From contig NC_057750.1 in NCBI RefSeq assembly GCF_004010195.1, positions 13,523,473-13,587,472 on the forward strand: 64,000 nt of DNA, read 5' to 3'. The position numbers and the translations under genes were made by a program. Of this stretch, positions 43,701 to 55,700 are shown one piece after another. Each line of letters starts with the position of its first letter. The stretch's first letter is position 1. This DNA comes from Chiloscyllium plagiosum. Taxonomy: Eukaryota. The notes beneath the pieces are model-generated. The model was not told the DNA's origin. It was given only the letters and a program-made list of their open reading frames with translations, and searched no databases.

Positions 43701-46700
43701 CCTACTCCCCGGATGCTGCCTGACCAGCTGTGCTGTCCCAACTCCTCCAAGGTCTGAGCAATGAGGTTGGGGGATAGAATGGTGGACAGGCTCAAGGGGA
43801 TGAATGGCCTCTTCATGCACCTTGTTTGTAAGTTCCCAAACTACTCCCAAACCTTTCAGTTCATCCCGGGACAGCCTCTGTTTAATGTTTCCTCTGAAGG
43901 TAGGCACCTCAGTGCTGGGTCTCGGTTTTGACCCCAAATCACTGGTGTACAGGGGATGTTTCCGGGAGCTTGAAAATGGGTGAGGGGTCCCCTCCGATCG
44001 ATCCTTGCAGCCAAACTATGGATCAACTAAGGGGCCGGGAATGATCAGGGAAGGTTTGAAGGTGGGTGCCATTTTTGTCCGTACTGGCTCTTGAACAATC
44101 CAGCCAGCCTCACGTTCCCCCACCTTTTCCCCGGTATTCCTGCATTTCATGTGGGATTTCTGACATGAAATAAAAATTGACATGACCACACTTGAGATTT
44201 GAGAAGGGGAAGAGAGTGAGCAAGAGAGAGAGAGAGAGAGAGGAAAGCAATAATCAGACCAGTCTCATGGCCGATAAAGTCTGATCTGATCACTGCAAAC
44301 TGCAGAACTCTAAAAGCAGCGTTGTGTGGTTAAATGTTGGATCGGTTTGATGCTATCTCAGTGCTAGAACATTTTCACAGAATCATCGGCTAATGCAGCA
44401 CAGATACAGGCCATTCTGCCCGTTGTGCCTATCTCAGCTGTTTTGAGGAACTGCCCAATTAGTCCCACTCTCGGTGCCCCTTCCCCCTAGTCATTTCCTT
44501 CGCAAAGCCTTTATTTAAATCCTATTTGAAGATTGCTGTAGAATTTGTTCCCACTGTCCCTGCGGCCTGTGCACCCCTAGTCCCTGTCACACATGGGGTA
44601 AAGATTTTGAGGCAGGAATTTCAATCCCTGCCAGACCCTCCTGGAGTCCAGAGCCACAAAATGGACATTGTCTTAAATTCTCTTTTCCTCCTTTTGCTGT
44701 TATCACGGAAGCTCAGTTATTCTGAACTTTTTATTTTTTTATTTTTCTAATATATTCCTATGATTTTGTACTTTAGAATTTCTGTAATGCTGGATTTTAT
44801 AATTTCTTTAATTATTCTAATTTGTTTTTTTCCCTAAAAAATTGAACCTGGGTACTTTGTCCCTAAGATGGAGCCGTAAGTGGGGAGTTGTAAACTTTTC
44901 ACTGGACTCCTGTGAGTCCATGACAATATAGCTCACTCAATCTCCTCAAAACCAACGACAAAATTCTCAACATTGCATAAGTGTCATCGTTTCTCAGTGT
45001 TTGAAATACGGGTGTGTGTGTGGGGGTGGGTGTGTGTGTGTGAGAGAGAGATACTGGGGGTGCTGGGTGTATGTGTATACATCTGTGTGTATATGCATTT
45101 ATGTGTATGTGTGTGCATACATCTGTGTGTATACCTGTGTATGTGGGGGCTGTATACATCTGTTTGTGTGTTTGTGTATACTTGTGTGTGGGGGGGTATG
45201 TGTATACATCTGTGTATGTTTACATCTGTGTGTGAGTATGCATGCTGTGTGTTTGTGTGTGCATGTTGTGTGTGTGTGTGTATACATCTGTGTATTTATG
45301 TGTGTGTGGGGTGTGTGTATGTATACATCTTGTGTGTGGGGATGTGTGTGTATACATCTGCGTGTATGTGTATATTTGTGTGTATATGTGTGTGTGGGGG
45401 GAGGGGTGTGTATACATTTGTGTGTGTATTTGTATATACATCTGTGTGTACACATCTGTGTGTGTGTTTGTGTGTGTGTACATGTTTGCATGTATCTGTG
45501 TTTGTGTGTACATCTGTGTGTATATGTTTACATGTGTGTGGATATACATCTAGGTGCTTACCATGTGTGTGTATACATCTGTATGTTTACGCGTGTGTGT
45601 GTGTGTATACATACATTGTGTGTGTATGTGTGTGTGGAGTGCTGCTTCATTTATAAATCCTGGGGTTTGCCAGTTGATTCCATAGCAGGAGTGTTGGTCT
45701 CTGGGAGTGTGTCACTGTACATCTCACACTGCACCCCCCCCCCTTACTCCATCTTCAGTACAAAGGATTAGCCCGCTTCACTTATCGTCCCTGCATTTGT
45801 TGACTCATCCTCCTGTTATAAAGCTGGCTGTGGGAGAGATAGTGCCCCTAGTGGTATTATCATTCAGAGGCCCAGACTAATGCTATGGGGTCAAGGGTTC
45901 AAATCCCACCATGCCAGGTGGAGGAATGTAAATTCAACTAATAAAGCTGCGATTAAAGCTAGGTCTGTTCATGGTGACCACAAAATGATTGTTGCTGGTC
46001 AGCTTTGGGGAAGGAAGTCTGCCGTCCTTTACCCTGGTCTGGTCTACACATGACTGCACACACACAGCAATGTGGCTAACTCTTAACTGCCCTCTGAAAT
46101 GGCTCTAGCAAGACACTCAGCTCAAGGGTAATTAGGAATGGTCAACAAGTGCTGGTCTTACCAGTGATGCCCTAAAAGAAAAATAAATCACATTCTGCCT
46201 TGCCAAATGGCGTCACATTTCCAAGTCAGGGTGGTGAACTTGCAGGGAGCAGTGTTCCCATGTATCTGCTGCCCTTGACCTTCTGGATGGTGGAGGTTGC
46301 AGGTTTAGACCCTTAGTGAGTTGCTGCAGGGCATCTTGTGGATGGTACACCCTGCTGCGACTGACCGTCGGTGGGGGAGGGAGGGGACGTTTGTGGGTTT
46401 TGTGCCAACCAAGCGGGGGGCTGCCTTGTCCTGGATGGTGTCGAGCTTCTTGAGTGTTGTTGGAGCTGCCCCCATCCAGGGGCAAGTGGGGAGTATTCCC
46501 TCACACTCCTGACTCGTGCCTTGTAGATGGTGGACAGGCTTGGGGGAGTCAGGAGGGGAGTTACTCGCTGCAGGGGTCCCAGCCTCTGACCTGCCCTTGT
46601 CGCCTCTGGGGTTTATGTGGCTGCTTACGATCTAGTCACATGTCACTGACCTTTGACCATAACCGTTTCTTTTTCCATAAATACTCCGTCTGGTTCGGTT

Positions 46701-49700
46701 GGGTTTTAAAAATACACTGCCTCCCTTCACTGCCTCGAATCTATTGCCAAATACAGCATGGATAACAAGTGCGTTAACTATACATGGAGTAAGGAGTCAC
46801 ATTTTACAGTTAGACCTCTGGAGAAAGTACGACTGAGCAACCATTCAAAACTCATAAGATTGAACTGTTCAAACATGAAACATAGAGGATAGGAGCAGGA
46901 ATAGGCCATTCAGCCCTCCGAGCCTGCTGTGCTGTTCAATACAATAATGGCTGATCATCCAACTCAGTCACCTGTTCCCACTCCCACCCCCACATCCTTT
47001 GATGCCTTTAGAACAATTTTGAACTCTTTCTTGACATTTTTCAATGTACTGGCCTCAACTGCTTCCTCAGGTGGGCCCGCAGGGGTTGGCCTGCCCTCCC
47101 AGTCTCCGCTCGTTTCAATTCCCACTCCCACTCCCTCTCCGACATCACCTTCCTTGGCCTCCTCCAATGCCACAAAGAATCAAGACCGCACATTGGAGGA
47201 ACAACACCTCGTCTGCCAGGGCGGCCTGCAGCCCAGAGGACTCGCCATTGCATTCTCTAATTTCAAGTATCTTCCCTCCCCATCCCCCCGACTCCCTTCC
47301 CATCCCCTCACTCCTCCCTTTCCCTTCCACCAACAGGATTCATCTCTCCCATCGACCAACCAGGCCGTCCGGTCTACCTGGATTCACCTGTTCCTACCGC
47401 ACCATTCTGCCCCTCTCCCCACCGAAACCCTTCTCCTACCTCCCTCCTTTAACTGCAGCTTCCCTCAACCCCCCCCCCCCCCCCCCCCCCCGGCGGGGGG
47501 TCGGCCGCGACGGNNNNNNNNNNNNNNNNNNNNNNNNNNNNNNNNNNNNNNNNNNNNNNNNNNNNNNNNNNNNNNNNNNNNNNNNNNNNNNNNNNNNNNN
47601 NNNNNNNNNNNNNNNNNNNNNNNNNNNNNNNNNNNNNNNNNNNNNNNNNNNNNNNNNNNNNNNNNNNNNNNNNNNNNNNNNNNNNNNNNNNNNNNNNNNN
47701 NNNNNNNNNNNNNNNNNNNNNNNNNNNNNNNNNNNNNNNNNNNNNNNNNNNNNNNNNNNNNNNNNNNNNNNNNNNNNNNNNNNNNNNNNNNNNNNNNNNN
47801 NNNNNNNNNNNNNNNNNNNNNNNNNNNNNNNNNNNNNNNNNNNNNNNNNNNNNNNNNNNNNNNNNNNNNNNNNNNNNNNNNNNNNNNNNNNNNNNNNNNN
47901 NNNNNNTGCCTGCCTTGCTGTGTTCTCCCAGCCTCCTGCCTGTCCCTCCTGATGCTGCCTGCCTTGCTGTGTTCTTCCAGCCTCCTGCCTGTCCCTCCTG
48001 ATGCTGCCTGCCTTGCTGTGTTCCTCCAGCCTCCTGCCTGTCCCCCCTGATGCTGCCTGCCTTGCTGTGTTCCCCCAGCCTCCTGCCTGTCCCTCCTGAT
48101 GCTGCCTGGCCTTGCTGTGTTCCCTCAGCCTCCTGCCTGTCCCTCCTGATGCTGCCTGGCCTTGCTGTGTTCCCCCAGCCTCCTGCTTCTCAGCTGCTTT
48201 CTGTAACAGAGAATCTCACAGTCTCCCCCCCTTTCTGGGTGAATATATTTCTCCTCATTGCCATTCTAAACCCTGTATCCTGAGACAGTGACCTCCTGGT
48301 CATCAGGAACACCCTTCCCCTATCTTGTCCTGTTAGATTTTAATACATTTGTATGAGATTCCACCCCCCACCCCCAACTTAAAAGTATAGAAATAGCCCT
48401 TTCAGCCTGACAAGTCCACACTAACCCTCTGAAGAGCAACAGCTCCCCTCCATATCCACTCCCTCCTGTACATTTAACCCTGACAAATGCATATAACCTA
48501 TACCATCCCTATTGGCAATTTAGCATGGCCAGTCCACCCTAACCTGCACATTTTTGGAGTATGGGAGGAAACCAAAGCAAACCCACGCAGACAATGTGCA
48601 AACTCCACACAGACAGTCGCCCGAGACTGGAATCGAACCGGGGACCCTGGCACTGTGAGGCAGCAGTGCTAACCACTGAGCCACCGTGCCACTCTAAATT
48701 CTTCCAAACTCCAGTGAATGTGGTCCTAACTGATCCATTCAGAGAAAGTGAGGACTGCGGATGCTGGAGAAGGGCTTATGCCCGAAACGTCGATTCTCCT
48801 GCTCCTCGGGTGCTGCCTGACCTGCTGTGCTTTTCCAGCAACACACTCTCGACACCTAACCGATCCGTGCCAACCCAGGGAGCTGTCCAGTAAAGCTTTG
48901 TATCGGCTACTTCCACAATCTTAGTCACTTTCACCAAATACACCAGACCCGTACACACGAACGACGGCTCCAATAATAAGCGAGCATGCATTGGCAGTGA
49001 GCAGAGAGGCATTTACCAGTTCCGTGACCCTTCTGAGTGATGGGTGTCAACAGGGAGAGGGTCAGGGGGCACGGCAGTGTGCCTTCGCTCTGTGGACTTT
49101 TGCTGCGTTTCTTGCACTCCAGTACCACCACGTCCCGGCAATGCTTATGACAGTTGATGCCGCAGTCTGCAGAGAGAGGGAGAAGGGAACACGTCAGTTC
49201 GACTCCACTGCAGTCACGTCCCCAGTCACCAACATCCCGCGCCCCACTCTGTTACATTACAGTGGACAGGCAGGAGGCTGGGGGAACACAGCAAGGCCAG
49301 GCAGCATCAGGAGGGACAGGCAGGAGGCTGGGGGAACACAGCAAGGCCAGGCAAGGGTTACACCGGAAACATTGACTTCTCCACCTCCTGGTGCTGCCTG
49401 GCCTTGCTGTGTTCCCCCAGCCTCCTGCCTGTCCCTCCTGACGCTGCCTGCCTTGCTGTGTTCCCCCAGCCTCCTGCCTGTCCACCCTGATGCTGCCTGC
49501 CTTGCTGTGTTCCCCCAGCCTCCTGCCTGTCCACCCTGGATTCCAGCATCTACAGTTTTACTGTCTGTTACACTAAAGAGCAGACAAACAGCAACAACTC
49601 TCACTCTTGGAGGGACAGCGCCCTCATTCACTGTCAAATCACTCAAACAGGAAAGATAGTGAGTGGGGTGGGGGGCAGGAGGGGGTCTGGAACACTGCTG

Positions 49701-52700
49701 TGTGCTGGTGGAAACTTCATATTGACCCATTCGATGCAGATTCCCTCCAGTGTGGAAAATCACCCTTCAGCCCATACTGACCCTCCAAAGACCATCTCAC
49801 CCAACCCTGCATGCACCATGGCCAATCCACCTCGTTCGCACTTCCCTGGATACCTTACGCAACCTAACCTGCACATCTTCCGACTGTGGGAGGAAACCCA
49901 CACAGACACAGGCAGAGAATGTGCAAACTCCACACAGAGAATCGGCCGAGGCTGGAATCGAACCCAGGACCCTGGGGCTGTGAGGCAGCAGTGCTAACCA
50001 CTGAGTCACCATTTCCCTGCAGAGGTTCACCAAAGACCCTCAGACAGCGCCTTCCAAACCCACGACCACTTCCATCTCGGGCCCCCCACCCCTGTCACTC
50101 ACCACCCTTACTTATACAGCACAAAAACAGACCCTTCAGCCCAACCTGTCCATGCTGACCAGATATCCCAATCAGACCTAGTCTCATTTGCCAGCATTTG
50201 GCCCAAATCCCTCTAAACCCTTCCCATTCATATACCCATCCAGATGCCCCCAGCCTGTTCAGCCTCTCCCTGTAGCTCAAACCCTCCAAACCTGGCAACA
50301 TCCTTGTAAATCGTTTTCCTGAACCCTTTCAAGTTTTACAACATCTTTCTGATAGGAGGGAGACCAGAATTGCCCACAATATTCCAAATCTTCTTCTTAA
50401 TGGGTAGGGAGAGCAAAGGGAATAAATGAGAATTTGGAATTCGGAACACCGAACAAATCCGCCATGGGTCGTTGAGCAGGCTTTGATCAAAAGGGATGCC
50501 AACGCAAGCGGAAGATTTCAGAAGAGGCTGATGGGACATTCAGAGGGCCGGGCCTCTCTTGAAAGGCTCCCGCACAGTTTCAACCAATCGTTCTGATCTG
50601 CAGTGCGGGCCCAGTGATTGTAGAGATCAACCCAACAGCAGAACTTTTCTATGTTCTATTAACCTTCGATGTGCAGGGTCACAAGGGAGTGGGTTGTCTC
50701 TACCAAAACAGCAGGCACAGCAAGGACGGCCCAAGTGACCTCCCCGGGTCTTGGAAGAGTGGGCGACTCTGTGAAAGCTGAATGACATCAGATGGCTACC
50801 AGCGACGGTACCACAAGTGACTGCTCCCAGGAAGGTGGGAGGGAAACTTCACTGTGCTAGCAATTTCTTTTGTGCTTTTGCAAACTGTGAGAACTCGCAC
50901 CTCACGTCTGCTGAGGTTATTTTTCTCGACAGCGATATTTTGACAGCACACGTGGATAATCTGGCTGTTTTTGTGCAATACTCCACAAAGACACTGTTGT
51001 AATATGGGATACGAATACAACTCCACATTTGCAAAGCCTTCTGGTCACCCCCAATCAGAAATGGGGCTTCCATGTGGGCCCTTAACATTGAGAGGGAAGC
51101 CCAAATCCATAGCTCACGTAAAATATCAGGCTCTCTCAAGATTATCCATCCAACATCCAGTGTGTAATGGGATCATTTTAGGTTCAAAATCACGCTCTGT
51201 TATCAACACAATTACCCAGAGGATATTGACCCATCTGCCCAAGGGAAATAGTTTCTCCCTGTCCTCAGAACTTTACAGACCTCAATCAGGTCCGCCCCTC
51301 CAACCCACCCAGCTTTCCCTGCTCCAAGGAAAACAACAGACTCTGAACTTCCCAGGAATTGGCCATGATTGGGAGCAGTAGCAGCCTTAGAATGGGGTAG
51401 TTAGAGAGTCATAGAGGTCTACGGCAAGGAAACAGGCCCTTCGGCCCAACCTGACCATGCTGCCCAGTTTTCACAATTACTCTAATCCCAATTGTCTGAG
51501 TTTGGCCCATATCCCTCCACATCTATCCCATTCATCTCCCTGTCCAAATATTTCTCAAATTGTACTCACCTCCACAGCACTACCTCTGGCAACCAATTCC
51601 AGACACTCACCACACTCTGGATAAAAAAGATCACCCCTTGGACCCCTTTGTACCCCTCCCCTCTCCCCTTAAACCTAGTTGTAGACTACCCTACCCTGGG
51701 GAAAAGCCCCATCCCCCCACCCCAACACATCCCCCAAACACTATCTCACCTCCACTCACCTTTAACATGAGGCCTCTAAGACAGCCTGATGGCTACATTA
51801 TCTACCTTATCCATTCCCCTCATGATTTTATAAACCTCTATAGGTCACCCCTCAGGCTTCAGGGGAAATAGTCCCGGCCTATCCAGCCTCTCCTTATAAT
51901 TCGAACCCTTTCAGTCAAAGTGAAAAATCACACAACACCAGGTTATAGTCCAACTATAATTGTGTGATTTTTAACTTTGTACACCCCAGTCCAACACCGG
52001 CACCTCCAAATCATGCCTTCCAGTCAAGGCAGCATCCTAGTAAATCTTTCCTGCACTCGTTCTAGTTTAATAATATCCTTTCTATAGTGGGGTGAGCTGA
52101 ACTGCACGCAACACTCCAGATGTGGCCTCACCCATGGCCTGTACAACTGCAACTAGGTACCCTATATTCCTATACTCAGTGCTCCTACTTATGAAAGCAT
52201 GTGTGTCCAAAACGTTTCGATTCATTGGCACATCAACACCAACACCCTGTTCACTGTCAGTGTTATACCTGGGAGGCTGAAAAGCCAACTGCCCCTTCTC
52301 CATCTCGGTGACAATGCCCATTTTCATACACCCTTCAGGGTTCTGTGCTCCGTATGATATGGTAAAGTGAAAGGGTAAGGTTCCCACAGTTAAAAATAAC
52401 CGCAGTATCCAACACACTAAGCTCCCATGACCCCATCCACACCTGTCCTCCCCACCTTACGTTTCGCAAATTTAAGATATAAAAGAGACCTAAGGGGTAA
52501 CTTGTTCACACAGAGGGTGGTACGTGTATGGAATGAGCTGCCAGAGGATGTGGTGGAGGCTGGTACAATTGCAACATTTAAGAGGCATCTGGATGGGTAT
52601 ATGAATAGGAAGGGTTTGGAGGGATATGGGCCGGGTGCTGGCAGGTGGGACTAGACTGGGATGGGATATCTGGTCGGCATGGACGGGTTGGACCGAAGGG

Positions 52701-55700
52701 TCTGTTTCCGTGCTGTACATCTCTATGACCAAATGACAGGTCTCACTCCCATATCCATCAAGGGCAGCTCTTTGGACACTCGACTGTCCATATCTGAACT
52801 TCTGTTTGCGTGGTGATCCTGCACTCGTTGGCTCTGGTGATGGTTCGGTGTTAAAAGTCTGATCAGGGCAGCCTTGGGCTCTCATACTATGTTAAAGGCG
52901 CCGCACAAATGCAACTTGGTAAGTGAAAGGTATAACAAGTGTTCTTACCCTGACACCTGTATCCTTGTTTGATGACACCCCACAGCTGAAAAGGGGAAAG
53001 AAACGAGGAATTAATTTGGGGTTAAAAATATTCAACATGTGAATACAGAAACCTCCCCTGCGATTCTGTCAGCTACACTCTGCCTACATTGTTGAACATA
53101 CAAAGGGAGTGTTGCTAGGGAACGGTGCCATTCCCAGCCGTATATCCGCGATAATGTTTGTTGGAATTGTTCTGCGGGTTCTGATTAGACTCATACACGC
53201 ACTGAGTGGCACCCCTCACTGACATTGACCACGAATGCAGCCCACAACTAAGCTACAAAGAACAGGCACCACTCTCTACTTAATGAAGGAATGGCTGCTC
53301 AGAAAGCCCAGTACGAGTGAAGTCAATGGATTAATTCCACAGGGATCTCCGATCGCTGGGAGCACGTGATGGAGATCTGAAGCTACAGGGGCTCCTGCCA
53401 TGCCTTCAGCCTGTGAGACCATCTCTCCTACTGCTTCCTGTAGTAGAGGGGGTCCAGGAAGGCTCGGGGGGGCAATTGCTATTCACTGTTACCAGTGTGA
53501 GGAGGAGTCGAAGTGCTCCCTGCAACCTCTTCTGAGTGGCTGCAGGGAGCCATACGGTCAGCTGCTTCTCCCTCCCCAAAAAGGGTAAGGGCAGCATATA
53601 CACAGGAACGTCACAGGTTCCCCTCTCAGCCACTCCCCATCCTGACTTGGAGATCCTATCAGAGTCCAGGAATTCCCTCCCTAAGGGCATTGTGGGTCAA
53701 CCCACAGGCACATGGACTGCAGCGGTTCAAGGAGGCAGCTCACCCCCGCCTTCTCCAGGGACATTTTGACGAGGCAATGGCCTAGTGGCAATGTCACTTG
53801 CCCCAGAGACCCTTGATAACGATATGGGGTTCAAATCCCACCACAGCAGATGATGGAATTAGGATTCAATAAAACCTAGAATAAAGAATCGAATGATGAT
53901 CGCAAGTCCATTGTTGGGAAAACCCTGTCCGGTTCATCAATGCTTTTGAGGGAAGGAAACTTACCTGGTCTGGCCTACATGTGAATACAGTCAATGTGGT
54001 TGAATCTTAAGTGTCCTCTGGGGAAGTGCCGCACTGTTGGAGGGACAGAGACGAGGGAGCGGGCACTGTCAGAGGGTTAATGCAGAGGGAGCGCCGCACT
54101 GTCAGTGGGTCAGTGCAGAGGGAGCGCCGCACTGTCGGAGGGTCAGTGCTGAGGGAGTGCCGCACTGTCAGAGGGTCAGTGCTGAGGTAGTGCCGCACTG
54201 CTGGAGGGTCAGTGCTGAGGGAGTGCCGCACTGTCAGGGGTCAGTGCTGAGGGAGTGCCGCACTGTCAGAGGGTTAATGCTGAGGAAGTGGGCACTGTCA
54301 GAGGGTCAGTGCTGACGGAGTGCCGCACTGTCAGAGGGTCAGTGCTGAGGAAGCGGGCACTGTCAGAGGGTTAATGCTGAGGAAGCGGGCACTGTCAGAG
54401 GGTCAGGGCTGAGGGAGTGCGGCACTGTCAGAGGGTCAGTGCTGACGGAGCACCGCACTGTCAGAGGATCAGGGCTGAGGGAGTGCTGCACTGTCAGAGG
54501 GTCAGTGCTGAGGGAGTGCCGCACGATCAGAGGGTCAGGGCTGAGGGAGTGCTGCACTGTCAGAGGGTCAGGGCTGAGGGAGTGCTGCACTGTCAGAGGG
54601 TCAGTGCTGAGGGAGTGCCGCACTGTCAGAGGGTCAAAGCCGAGGAAGAGCCGCACTGTCGGAGGGTCCGTGCTGAGGGAGCGCCGCACTTTCAGAGGGA
54701 TAGTGCTGAGGGAGTGCTGCATTGTCAGAGGGATAGTGCTGAGGGAGTGCTGCATTGTCAGAGGGATAGTGCTGAGGGAGTGCTGCACTGTCAGAGGGAT
54801 AGTGCTGAGGGAGTGCTGCACTGTCGGAGGGTCAGTGCTGAGGGAGTGCCGCACTGTCGGAGGGTTAGTGCTGAGTGAGTGCCGCACTGTCAGAGGGTCA
54901 AAGCCGAGGAAGAGCCGCTCTGTCGGAGGGTCCGTGCTAAGGGAGCGCCGCACTTTCAGAGGGTCAGTGCTGATGGAGTGCCGCACTGTCGGTGGGTCAG
55001 TGCTGAGGGAGTGTCGCACTGTCGGAGGGTCAGTGCTGAGGGAGTGCTGCACTGTTGGAGGTGCTTTCCTTCAGATGAGGCATTAAACCAAAGTCCCGTT
55101 TTTAAAAAAAATTATTCATTTGCAGGATGTAGGCCTCACTGACTAGACCCAGCATTTATTGCCCTTTTCTGAAAGGTGCCTGGAATCCAATACAGGGCCA
55201 TAGCAGATCTGAAGGACATTCGTTAACCTAATTGGTTTCTCCTGACGGTCTGGAACAGTGTCTTAGTCATCATTAGATTCCCAGTTCGAGATTTTCTTTC
55301 CCCTTTGGATCAAATTCCGATTCCACTGGGGCGGTTTTCCGAACCCAGGAACATTCAGCCGGGTCACCGGATCGAGAGGCGAGTGATAATACCACATGAC
55401 CACCATCTCCCCTCTCAGGAGACACCACCCTGTTCCGGTGACCCGACCAGTGGCTCATCTCTCAGTCATCCTGTGGGATCATGCTGTGCCCAAAGCCTTG
55501 GCAGGTCACATCGGCGGCCGCTCTCAATTGGCTGTGAGGCGTTTCGTTAGGGGTGGTGAGGGGATGGGAGGGGTGGGGAGGTGGTGTGGTGTAGGAGCAG
55601 GGTCACCCCGAGGTGGTGAGAAAACACTACGCGAATGCGCCAGAGCGGGCGCCCGAGACTTACGAATCCAGCGCAGCTGTCGCAGAAGGTGGGCTTCTTG

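Noticed and set aside
44973..45771. Cys/Val-rich or His/Thr-rich proteins (also 24446-24901)
   Set aside because: They are translations of TG/CA microsatellites.
32880..49016. Hidden exon or nested gene in the 16-kb RASGRP4 intron
   Set aside because: The flanking exons already join in phase and the ORFs there map to repeats. Gaps 39179-39714 and 47514-47906 cannot be inspected.
54363..55142. Zinc-finger-like C/H-rich repeat protein
   Set aside because: A 33-bp minisatellite open in several frames on both strands, intronic, with no splice context.
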